64,000 nt of DNA from Candidatus Krumholzibacteriia bacterium (GTDB taxonomy: Bacteria > Krumholzibacteriota > Krumholzibacteriia > LZORAL124-64-63): NCBI GenBank assembly GCA_050174015.1, contig JBFXKG010000001.1, positions 224,404 to 288,403 of the forward strand. Direction: 5' to 3'. Positions 49,897-58,054 of this stretch are shown here, piece by piece (the stretch's first letter is position 1; each line of letters starts with the position of its first letter). Both the position numbers and the translations under genes were made by a program. Under the pieces are notes generated by a model. That model saw nothing but the letters and a program-made list of their open reading frames with translations. It had not been told where the DNA came from and made no database searches.

Positions 49897-50013
49897 GATG
49901 GTGGGGCCTTGCTGGTCGTGATTGAATTGAGGTTGACCTCGGTACCCGGGCGCTCTCATTCTTGCCGGGAAAAAGGAACCTTCACGAATCGCCGGAAAGG
50001 GAAGGACCCCTCG

Positions 50014-50478
50014 ATGCGAACCAGGTTCGGGCCCCTGCTCTTCCTCGTCGTCTGCACCCTCGGCGCCGGCTTTCTCGGCTCCCTCTTTCCTCCGGGTGAA
50101 TGGTACGCCGCCCTGGCCAAGCCCGCCTGGAATCCGCCCGGCTGGGTGTTCGGCCCGGTGTGGGCGGCCCTGTACGTGATGATGGCCATCGCCGCCTGGC
50201 TGGTCTGGAGCCGCGGCGGATTCACGGCGGCCCGGGGCGCCCTGGGGCTCTACCTGTTCCAGTTGATCCTGAACGCCCTGTGGTCGTTCCTGTTCTTCGG
50301 CCTCCAGCGGCCCGACCTGGCCTTCGTGGACGTGGTCCTGCTTTGGCTGGCCATCCTGGCGACGCTGATCGTTTTTGCGAGGATCCGGCGTGCGGCGGGA
50401 ATGCTTTTGATTCCTTACCTGGCCTGGGTCGGATTCGCCGTCGCCCTGCACCTTGCGATCTGGCGGCTGAACGCGTGA
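50014..50478 (+). CDS. tspO: TspO/MBR tryptophan-rich sensory protein
   Basis: WY..LAKPAWNPPGWVFGPVW..LY, QL.LNALWS.LFFG and LLIPYLAWV.FA. Confidence 0.95.
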   Translation: MRTRFGPLLFLVVCTLGAGFLGSLFPPGEWYAALAKPAWNPPGWVFGPVWAALYVMMAIAAWLVWSRGGFTAARGALGLYLFQLILNALWSFLFFGLQRPDLAFVDVVLLWLAILATLIVFARIRRAAGMLLIPYLAWVGFAVALHLAIWRLNA

Positions 50479-50882
50479 TGGACGGGCCGGGACGCATCGC
50501 CTTCGTGACCTACTGCGCGGCAGCCAAGCGTCCGGATCCGGGTTTGCTGCCTGCGGCTGAGCGCTACCTGAGCGACCGCATCTCCCGGGTGGGGAGTGCG
50601 GCGGCCGTTCTGGGCTACCCCTTCTTCATCCTCTCGGGGAAGTTCGGACTGCTCGCCCCTCTCGATCCCATCCCCGATTACGATCACCTGTTGACCGGAT
50701 GCGAGGTCCAGGACCACGCCCGGCGTGTCGCCGACAGGATCGTCGAGCTGGGTCTCGCCACCGTGCTGTTCTTTTCCCGGCCCCTGGACGTGGATCCGGG
50801 CGCAGGGCCTTACCGCCGGGCCGCGGCCGAGGCCTGCCGGCTGGCGGGGGTGGAGTTCCATTTGATCGAATGGAACGGCTGA
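50478..50882 (+). CDS. DUF6884-like small protein
   Basis: TGATG overlap with tspO; C.A.K.....PA.ERY.S...FILSGKFGLL.P...I.DYD..L pattern. Confidence 0.65.
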   Translation: MDGPGRIAFVTYCAAAKRPDPGLLPAAERYLSDRISRVGSAAAVLGYPFFILSGKFGLLAPLDPIPDYDHLLTGCEVQDHARRVADRIVELGLATVLFFSRPLDVDPGAGPYRRAAAEACRLAGVEFHLIEWNG

Positions 50883-50985
50883 ACGTGGAGGAGATGTGAT
50901 CATGATGGAGCCGGTCCGCAAGCGGGCGTTCCTGATCAGCGGGATTCACCCTGTTCCTGGAGCGCAGGGAGAGCGGTAAGAAGGA

Positions 50986-52173
50986 TCAGGACTGATCCAC
51001 CACCAACCTCTCCGGATCGATTCCCAGATGAGCGGCCAGATCCCCCGCCTCCCGCTCCACCTCCTTCAGGTGGAGCCGTACCTTCCAGCCACTCAGGGGC
51101 CGGATCTCCACGGCCAGGCTTCGGCCTCGCTGCCGGTGGGACCAGGTGGCGACGACCCGCCCGCGATCCAGCACCACCGGTGAAACCTGGGCGGCCTTGC
51201 CCCAGACCAGGGGACGCTCGTCGTCGGCGGGAACGGTCCAGCTCTTGTCGGCGTGGCCCATCAACAGTCCGTCCCACATGGGCAGCAGGCGGACCGGCCA
51301 GGCGGATTGGCCGCGTGGAACCGCCGCCGCCAGGTCGTCCCGGTCGCAGGCCAGGGCCACCAGCTCCTTCCGGCCGCCGCAGTCCACTCCGGTCAACTCC
51401 CCCCGATCGTCGAGCAGCCCGAGCCAGGTCCGGGCCGATGTCACCCTGGCCCCGAAGAAGTGGGCCACGTCCGCGGGCGAGGCAGGCGCGTACGCACGAA
51501 GGTAGGCCCGCACTAGGTGCCGGGCGGCTTCCTCGGGTCCGGGCAGGAGTTCGGGCCAGTCCAGGTCGGCGAACCACATCCGGCGGGGGGCGTACGTCTG
51601 CTCCGCGCCCTTCTTGTGGGCCAGGCAGGCCAGACCTTCCTGGTTCAATCGCCACAGCAGGCGGCCGGCGGCGAACCGGCGGCGGGCGGTTTCGTCGCCG
51701 ATCCTGGGATCGAGTTCGACGAGGTAGGAATCCGGGATCATGTCCATGAAATCGGACCGGGCCAGCGGTCGGGAGGCCGTCGCCAGGGCCTTCGCAGCGC
51801 GCGCGACCAGCCGGTCGGGCGGCATGCCCCCCCGCCGGCCGCCCGCTTCGAGGAGAGGCCGGGCGGCCACCATGGGAACCCAGTGGGTCGCTGGATCGAA
51901 GATGTGGATGGTGTCGCGCTGCCCCCAGGTCCGCACCAGGGAGCGGGGTTCGGCGAGGATGGCGTCGGCCAGCGCGCTCGCACCGGGCCGACCTGCGGTC
52001 CGCAAGCTCAGTCCCCAGAGGGAGGGATTCAGCTGCTGGGACTGGACGCCGACCACGGCCCTGGCGGCGGCCACGGCATCGACCGCCCCGGGCCCGGCCA
52101 GATGCTGCCTGCAGGAGCGGAAGAACAGGGCCTGCTCCTCGCTGATCGTCAGGTTGCGGAGAGGGTTCATCAT
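50986..52173 (-). CDS. AlkZ-like (HTH_42) winged-helix DNA glycosylase
   Basis: GVQSQ (QxQ motif), LVRTWGQRDTIH, YLRAYAPAS.AD..HF.G, VRLLP.WD..L.GHAD and GRVVATW. The start is approximate. Confidence 0.85.
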   Translation of the reverse strand: MMNPLRNLTISEEQALFFRSCRQHLAGPGAVDAVAAARAVVGVQSQQLNPSLWGLSLRTAGRPGASALADAILAEPRSLVRTWGQRDTIHIFDPATHWVPMVAARPLLEAGGRRGGMPPDRLVARAAKALATASRPLARSDFMDMIPDSYLVELDPRIGDETARRRFAAGRLLWRLNQEGLACLAHKKGAEQTYAPRRMWFADLDWPELLPGPEEAARHLVRAYLRAYAPASPADVAHFFGARVTSARTWLGLLDDRGELTGVDCGGRKELVALACDRDDLAAAVPRGQSAWPVRLLPMWDGLLMGHADKSWTVPADDERPLVWGKAAQVSPVVLDRGRVVATWSHRQRGRSLAVEIRPLSGWKVRLHLKEVEREAGDLAAHLGIDPERLVVDQS

Positions 52174-52343
52174 CCGGGCATAGTTCCTGGGATCACCGGT
52201 GGGGTCAACCTCGGGGTCGGAAACGGGCCGGAATTGTTGCCATCGGGCCATCCGGATATGTTATGTTGGCAGGGAGCCATGTCCCATAAGATACTGATAT
52301 TATGGGATTTAACGAGCCTGGCGCTCGAACCGAGGAGGTTGCC

Positions 52344-53042
52344 ATGGCCAAGATGAAGGATGGTTGCGTCAAACCCGCCGGGGGGCCGATCATGCCCCCC
52401 ACGGAGGCGCAAGCCCCCACCGGATCGGTCCAGAAGGAGGTCGCGCCCATGCTCGCCAAGGTCGGAAAGGAAGCCATCGACTTCGTGGCCACGGCCTACG
52501 TCGAAGGAAAGGGCTTCGTGCCCGTGAAGCTGTCGGACCACAAGGGGAGGTGGATCGTCCTCTGCTTCTATCCGGGCGACTTCACCTTCGTCTGACCCAC
52601 CGAACTGGCGGCGGTCGCCGCCATGAGCAAGGAATTCAAGAAGCTGGGCGTGATCGTGCTGTCCATGAGCACCGACAGCCGGTTCGTCCACAAGATCTGG
52701 CAGGAAGAGGAGCTCTCGAAGATGGTCGAGGGCGGGGTGCCGTTCCCCATGCTCTCGGACGCCGGCGGCAAGATCGGCTCCATCTACGGGGTCTACGACG
52801 AGGCCGCGGGAGTGGACATCCGCGGGCGGTTCATCATCGATCCGGACTTCGTGATCCGGGCGATGGAGGTCCTGACGCCCGAGGTCGGCCGCAATCCGCA
52901 CGAACTCGTCCGGCAGATCAAAGCCTTCCAGCACGTGGTCGCCACGGGCGAGGTCACGCCTTCGGGCTGGGAGCCAGGCGGTGTGACCCTCAATCCCGGA
53001 CCCGACCTCGTGGGCAAGGTCTGGGAGGTCTGGAAGCCCTGA
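52344..53042 (+). CDS. prxU: Selenocysteine-containing peroxiredoxin (AhpC/Prx1 type; TGA at 52593-52595 = Sec84)
   Basis: GAGGAGG RBS. The two track ORFs are in the same frame and join as [14 protein letters not shown], so the TGA sits exactly at the peroxidatic Cys position. A SECIS-like hairpin follows. Also [28 protein letters not shown] and TPSGW.PG. Confidence 0.95.
52606..52623 (+). promoter_or_regulatory. Bacterial SECIS-like hairpin
   Basis: TGGCGGC-GGTC-GCCGCCA: perfect 7-bp stem with a G-initial loop starting 17 nt after the UGA. Confidence 0.8.
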
Positions 53043-53169
53043 TCCCCGCAATGAACCGTGGACACGGGGTCGGAGGTTGGCCCAGGATGTCCCCGGGAAG
53101 GCTTTTTCGAACCACAGCGGGCCGTTCCCTCCAGGGCGGCCCGCGTTGCGAAGGAAGACGAGGTCAGCG

Positions 53170-53538
53170 GTGCCGCGACTCATCCAGGGACCCACGGTCG
53201 TTCCCGCTGCGGGAACCAGGCCCAAGATCATCGAGGAATATGTCGGCAGGGTGAACAGCGGCCACACGCAGGTCAGCGTGGCGCGCATGGTCGCTCCGGC
53301 AGGCTGGGAGGAACCCGGCCAGCGGCCCGGGTTCGAGGAGATCACCGTCGTCTTGAAGGGGCTGCTGCGCGTCGAGTACGTGGACGGCCACCTGGACGTC
53401 CTCGCCGGCCAGGCCGTCGTGGCCGAACCCGGAGAGTGGGTGCGTTACAGCTGCCCCGAGCCGGGAGGCGCCGAGTACGTCGCCGTCTGCCTGCCGGCGT
53501 TCTCTCCGAAGAACGTCCACAGGGATGCCGAGCGGTGA
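53170..53538 (+). CDS. Cupin-domain protein
   Basis: GAGG RBS with GTG start; PKIIEEYVGRVNS, GWEEPGQRP.F.E.TVVLKG, GEWVRYS.P and YVAVCLPAFSP..VHRD. Confidence 0.85.
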   Translation: MPRLIQGPTVVPAAGTRPKIIEEYVGRVNSGHTQVSVARMVAPAGWEEPGQRPGFEEITVVLKGLLRVEYVDGHLDVLAGQAVVAEPGEWVRYSCPEPGGAEYVAVCLPAFSPKNVHRDAER

Positions 53539-55289
53539 ACCGGATCACCGCGCTCCCGGCCTGGCTCGGAGTGCTCGTGTTCGCCGCCTGGTGTCTGCAC
53601 CCGGTCCTGGGCGACTGGTCCGGGTCGGTGCTCGGACCTTTCGGCGGCATCGACCCCATGCTGCAGCTGGGCATCCTCCAGTGGACGTGCCTCCACTGGC
53701 ATCATCCGGGTGTGTGGCTGGAACTGCCGATTTTCCACCCGGTGCCCGGCATGCTCGGCTGCATGGATCCCCTGCTGGGCCAGGCCTGGCTGGTCTGGCC
53801 GGCCCACCTGCTTTTCTCCCCCACCGCCGCCGCCCAGTACAACCTGGCCATGGCCGGCAGTCTCCTGCTCGCCGCCCTGGGGATGGCGTCCGTCTGGCTC
53901 GCCACCGGAGGCGGGCGCAGCTCGGCGGGGTTCGCCGCGCTCGCCCTCATCGGGGCGCCCTACACCATCTCGCAGCTGGGCCACCTCAACCAGCTGCCCC
54001 CGCCGTTCGTCCTGTTCTGCCTGGCCGCCGCGATCATGGCCCTGCGACGGCAGGATGCCCGGCGGAGCTCGTGGCCCTGGTGGTCGGGCGTGGGGGCCGG
54101 CCTGGTCCTGCAGGCGGCCTGGGGCTGGTACGGGCTGGCCTACGCGCTGGTGGGCGTGGTGACCATCAAGGTCGTCCGGCTGGTGCAGGGACTGCGCCGT
54201 GGCGACCGCCTGCCCGGAATGGTCCGGGCCACCGCCAGGGCCGCCTGGGCGCCGGCCCTGGCGACGGCGGGCCTGGTCCTGTTGCTGGCCCAGCCCCAGC
54301 TGCGCCTGGCCGACCGCTATCCCGGGTTCACGCGGACCGCCGACGAGGTCCGCTCGGGCAGCGCGGACGTCCAGCATCTGCTGAACCGGGGGGCCTACCG
54401 CAGCGGTCCGGCCGACTGGCTGGGACGCGGAACCAGCGGAATCGAGCGCTACGACGGCAGGCATCGCCAGACCCTCAACCCCGGCTGGGTGGCCCTGGCC
54501 CTGGCCGCCTACGGGTGGCGCCGTCGCCGGGACCTCGACGGGGACCGGCGCGCCTGGGGCGCCGCCCTGCTGGTCATGGGGGCCGTGGGGATGATCCTGG
54601 CCTTCGGGGATTCGGTGGGCCTGCCGGGCACCGACCGCCGCCTGCCGTTGCCCCTGGAATGGCTGCGGGCGGTCGCCCCGCCGTTCAAGGCTTTCCGGGG
54701 CGCCTGGCGTTTCTCCTGGCTCTTCACCATCGCGGTGGCCTGGTGGGCCGCGGCGGGTCTGACCTTTCTGTCCGCCGATCGAGCCCGCCGCCGGTTGCTG
54801 GCCCCCGGCGCGGTGGTCCTGCTGACCCTGGTCTCCCTGCCTGCGGGAGTGCCGGCGGTCAAGGTCCCGCTGGCGGGTCGTCCAGGGCCGGGGCCCGCCC
54901 GCGGGCCGGTCCTGACCCTGCCCGCCCCCGTGAACGAGTACGCCGAGGACCGGACCGAAGCCCTGTGGATCGCCCGCGCCATCGAGCTGGGAGCGCCGGT
55001 CACCGGCGGGGCGACGGGCTGGGTGCCGCCGGAGATCGTGGCCTTCCGCGAGCGACTGGCCGCCTGCGAGCAGGGTCGTGAGGATCCCGGGGAATTCCTG
55101 GCGGGCATGCGCCGGCAGGGCTACCTGTGGGCGGAGCTGGCCTTGCGGGAAAACGACGGGGTCCGCTGGGACTTCTGGCGGCGGGCGCTGGACTCTGTGG
55201 GCGCCGAACCGGTGGACAGCTGCGCCGTTCAGGGTTATGAAATGTATCGGTTCGGGAAAGATCAGGGGGCGGACGCATCCGCCCCCTGA
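53535..55289 (+). CDS. Polytopic membrane protein, possibly a GT-C type (YfhO-like) glycosyltransferase
   Basis: GTGA overlap, many TM segments, DP.L...IL.W...IFHP, AQYNL, GHLNQL and F..FR..WRF motifs. Confidence 0.65.
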   Translation: MNRITALPAWLGVLVFAAWCLHPVLGDWSGSVLGPFGGIDPMLQLGILQWTCLHWHHPGVWLELPIFHPVPGMLGCMDPLLGQAWLVWPAHLLFSPTAAAQYNLAMAGSLLLAALGMASVWLATGGGRSSAGFAALALIGAPYTISQLGHLNQLPPPFVLFCLAAAIMALRRQDARRSSWPWWSGVGAGLVLQAAWGWYGLAYALVGVVTIKVVRLVQGLRRGDRLPGMVRATARAAWAPALATAGLVLLLAQPQLRLADRYPGFTRTADEVRSGSADVQHLLNRGAYRSGPADWLGRGTSGIERYDGRHRQTLNPGWVALALAAYGWRRRRDLDGDRRAWGAALLVMGAVGMILAFGDSVGLPGTDRRLPLPLEWLRAVAPPFKAFRGAWRFSWLFTIAVAWWAAAGLTFLSADRARRRLLAPGAVVLLTLVSLPAGVPAVKVPLAGRPGPGPARGPVLTLPAPVNEYAEDRTEALWIARAIELGAPVTGGATGWVPPEIVAFRERLAACEQGREDPGEFLAGMRRQGYLWAELALRENDGVRWDFWRRALDSVGAEPVDSCAVQGYEMYRFGKDQGADASAP

Positions 55290-55300
55290 TCGCTGCAGGA

Positions 55301-55759
55301 CTATTCGCAGGCCCGGATGGTGAGCACGGGACAGGCGGCCCGGCGGACCACCCGCTGGGCCACCGAGCCGAAGATCACGTTGGCGATGCCGGTACGGCCG
55401 TGGGTGGCGATGAAGATCGCGTCGACCTCCTCCTCTGCGGCCAGGGCCAGGATCTCGTCGGCGGGCTTGCCGATGCGCACGACCAGCTTGGGGACCATCC
55501 CGTCGCTGAAGATCGCGTCGCTGACCTGGGCGAGGTTGTCCCTGGCGTCCTCGATCACGTGCTTCTCGTATTCGGTGACGTCGAAGGTGACCTCCGAGGC
55601 CTGGACCCGCGGGGCGGGCAGGTGCGGGATGGGCTTGTGGACGTTGACGACGATGATCTCGGAGCCGAACCTTTCGGCCATCTCGTTGCCCATCTTCAGG
55701 CCGCACAGGGACGGATCGCTGAAGTCCGTGGGGCAGAGGATCTTCTTGAACGGAAACAT
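55301..55759 (-). CDS. Universal stress protein (UspA family)
   Basis: GGAGG RBS, KKILCPTDFS, GKPADEI, ATHGRTG...FGSVAQRVVR.A.CPVLTIR. Confidence 0.95.
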   Translation of the reverse strand: MFPFKKILCPTDFSDPSLCGLKMGNEMAERFGSEIIVVNVHKPIPHLPAPRVQASEVTFDVTEYEKHVIEDARDNLAQVSDAIFSDGMVPKLVVRIGKPADEILALAAEEEVDAIFIATHGRTGIANVIFGSVAQRVVRRAACPVLTIRACE

Positions 55760-55832
55760 GAACCACCTCCGGCGGCGGGTGATCACCAGCGATCGTCCCC
55801 GGCCCAATATAGCACAGGGGTTGCGATAGACC

Positions 55833-56552
55833 ATGGCCTTCTATTCGGATTTCGCGGGACACTACGACCGCATCTTCCCCTACCGTCAGGGCACCTTCGA
55901 CTTCCTGGACCGCTGGTTGCCGCCCGAGGGGCGCATCCTCGACATCGGCTGCGGGACGGGCGGCTACTGCGCGGCCCTCGACCGCACGGGCCGCCGCTGC
56001 CTGGGCATCGACCTGGACCCGGGCATGATCGCCGAGGCGGAACGCCGCCATCCCGACGGGCGCTTCCAGATCCTGGGGATGGACGAGATCGGCCTGCTCA
56101 GCCGCAGCACCTATGCGGGGATCGTCTGCATCGGGAACGTCCTGCCTCATCTGCCGGCGGAGCATCTGGCGCCGTTCCTGCTCAACATCAGGGATCTGCT
56201 GGTTCCCGGCGGCGTGTGGATCTTCCAGACGGTGAACTTCGATCCCATCCTGCGCTCGGGCGAGAGGTTCCACCGCTTCCCGGTGCTGAGGATCGAGGAG
56301 GGCGATCTGGCCTTCCACCGCTGGTACGAGGACGTCGAGCAGGACAGCCTCATCTTCCACACGCAGCTGACGGCGGCGGGCAAGGTGGTCTTCCAGGGGG
56401 AGGTCGAACTGGCGCCGCGGATCAGCCTGGAGTACCTGATGGGCCACGAGGCCGCGGGATTCGGGAGGCTCGGCCACTTCGCGGACTACCGGGAGGCCGA
56501 TTTCGACCCCACCGTCCATTCGGGCAGCATCTTCGTCTGGCGCAGGGGTTGA
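55833..56552 (+). CDS. Class I SAM-dependent methyltransferase
   Basis: YD.IFP, ILDIGCGTG, GIDLDPGMI, CIGNVLPHL and LVPGG...FQTVNFD. Confidence 0.9.
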   Translation: MAFYSDFAGHYDRIFPYRQGTFDFLDRWLPPEGRILDIGCGTGGYCAALDRTGRRCLGIDLDPGMIAEAERRHPDGRFQILGMDEIGLLSRSTYAGIVCIGNVLPHLPAEHLAPFLLNIRDLLVPGGVWIFQTVNFDPILRSGERFHRFPVLRIEEGDLAFHRWYEDVEQDSLIFHTQLTAAGKVVFQGEVELAPRISLEYLMGHEAAGFGRLGHFADYREADFDPTVHSGSIFVWRRG

Positions 56553-56577
56553 TCCGCCGGGGGAAATCGTGTACCAT
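56549..56577 (+). promoter_or_regulatory. Sigma70 promoter of trpL-trpB (leaderless start)
   Basis: TTGATC (56549), 17-bp spacer, TACCAT (56572), then 6 nt to ATG 56584. Confidence 0.7.
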
Positions 56578-56583
56578 CATGGC

Positions 56584-56664
56584 ATGACATCGACCGCGGG
56601 CATCGCTCTTTCCCGTACCTGGTGGTGGCGCAACCGCCGGACGGTGAGGTGCGCTTTGCGGTGA
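56584..56664 (+). CDS. trpL: Tryptophan leader peptide (26 aa, MTSTAGIALSRTWWWRNRRTVRCALR)
   Basis: Three consecutive TGG codons at 56620-56628 in a short ORF immediately upstream of a terminator and trpB. Confidence 0.85.
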   Translation: MTSTAGIALSRTWWWRNRRTVRCALR

Positions 56665-56692
56665 CGCAGGATCGACCAAGCGCAAAGCCCCG

Positions 56693-56724
56693 CCGCCGGC
56701 TCCCGAAAGCCGGCGGTTTTTTTT
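56693..56724 (+). terminator. Attenuator (intrinsic terminator) upstream of trpB
   Basis: CCGCCGGCT-cccgaa-AGCCGGCGG followed by T8. Confidence 0.9.
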
Positions 56725-56747
56725 GCCGAACCCGAAAGGACGAGACG

Positions 56748-58010
56748 ATGGCCACACCCGAGTCCGCTCCCCTCACCCCCGGTGATTTCTCCTCCGTCCC
56801 CGACGCGGAGGGGTTCTTCGGCCCCTACGGCGGCCGCTTCGTCCCCGAACCGCTGGTTCCGCCGCTGACCGCGCTGACCGAGGCGTTCCTGCGGTTCCGG
56901 GATGATCCGGAGTTCGCGGCCGAACTGGACCGGGAGTTCAAGCTCTACGGCGGCCGCCCCACGCCGCTCTATCCGGCCCTGCGGCTGAGCGGATACGTCG
57001 GCGCCACCGTCCTGCTCAAGCGGGAGGACCTGAACCATCTGGGCGCCCACAAGCTGAACAACTGCCTGGGCCAGGCTCTGCTGGCGCGCCGCATTGGCCG
57101 GCGCAAGCTCATCGCAGAGACGGGCGCCGGGCAGCACGGCGTGGCGACGGCCGCGGTGGCGGCGCGGCTGGGTCTGGAGTGCGACGTCTACATGGGCGAG
57201 GAGGACATGCGCCGCCAGCAGCCGAACGTCACCCGCATGCGGTTGATGGGGGCGCGCGTGGTTCCGGCCACCAGCGGCGACCGCACCCTGACCGCCGCGG
57301 TGGACGAGGCCCTGGGCGCCTACGTGGCCGAGGCCGAAACCGCGTTCTACCTGCTGGGGTCGGCCGTGGGGCCTCACCCCTATCCCCTGATGGTCCGCCA
57401 CTTCCAGTCGGTCATCGGACGCGAGGCGCGCGGGCAGGTGCTGGATCAGTACGGACGCCTGCCCGATCTGCTGCTGGCCTGCGCCGGGGGCGGCAGCAAC
57501 GCCATCGGCCTGTTCCATCCCTTCCTGGGCGACGACGGGGTGAAGATCATCGGCGTGGAGGCGGCGGGGTCCGGCATCGACACCAACCGCCACGCGGCCA
57601 CGCTGACCACCGGTTCGCCGGCGGTGATCCACGGGATGAAGACCTACTGCATCCCCGCAGGTCTGGTCACGGCCGAGGGCAACCACTGCATCGCCGCCGG
57701 CCTCGACTATCCGGGGATCGGGCCCGAACACAGCTTCCTCAAGGACGCCGGCCGGGTCCGGTACGAGGCGGTCACCGACCGGGAGGTCATGGACGCCTTC
57801 GCCCGGCTCTGCCGCCTCGAGGGGATCATCCCCGCCCTGGAGAGCAGCCACGCCCTGGCCTACCTGGAGAAGCTGCGAGGAACGCTCGAACCCGACGCCC
57901 TGGTCATCGTCAACCTGAGCGGCCGGGGCGACAAGGACATGGACGAGTACGTCCGGCGCAGCGGGAACCCTCCTTCCGGACAGGGGAACGGGCACAAGCT
58001 GTTCTGCTGA
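56748..58010 (+). CDS. trpB: Tryptophan synthase beta chain (stand-alone; no adjacent trpA)
   Basis: GFFGPYGG.FVPE, LKREDLNHLGAHK.NN (PLP lysine), AETGAGQHG, GPHPYP, GGGSNA, AGLDYPG.GPEH, EGIIPALESSHA and NLSGRGDKD. Confidence 0.96.
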   Translation: MATPESAPLTPGDFSSVPDAEGFFGPYGGRFVPEPLVPPLTALTEAFLRFRDDPEFAAELDREFKLYGGRPTPLYPALRLSGYVGATVLLKREDLNHLGAHKLNNCLGQALLARRIGRRKLIAETGAGQHGVATAAVAARLGLECDVYMGEEDMRRQQPNVTRMRLMGARVVPATSGDRTLTAAVDEALGAYVAEAETAFYLLGSAVGPHPYPLMVRHFQSVIGREARGQVLDQYGRLPDLLLACAGGGSNAIGLFHPFLGDDGVKIIGVEAAGSGIDTNRHAATLTTGSPAVIHGMKTYCIPAGLVTAEGNHCIAAGLDYPGIGPEHSFLKDAGRVRYEAVTDREVMDAFARLCRLEGIIPALESSHALAYLEKLRGTLEPDALVIVNLSGRGDKDMDEYVRRSGNPPSGQGNGHKLFC

Positions 58011-58054
58011 GGAATGGAGGGGAGCGCCCGTCCGCACTCGGCGCGTGATCCGGA

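Noticed and set aside
49855..50451. Minus-strand 198-aa ORF ending in a CitF-like C-terminus
   Set aside because: Mostly antisense to tspO. The CitF-like tail arises only from the inverted repeat, which is reported separately.
52593..52595. In-frame stop read as a peroxiredoxin pseudogene
   Set aside because: The TGA falls exactly on the catalytic Cys codon, both halves are intact, and a SECIS-like hairpin follows. Selenocysteine explains it better.
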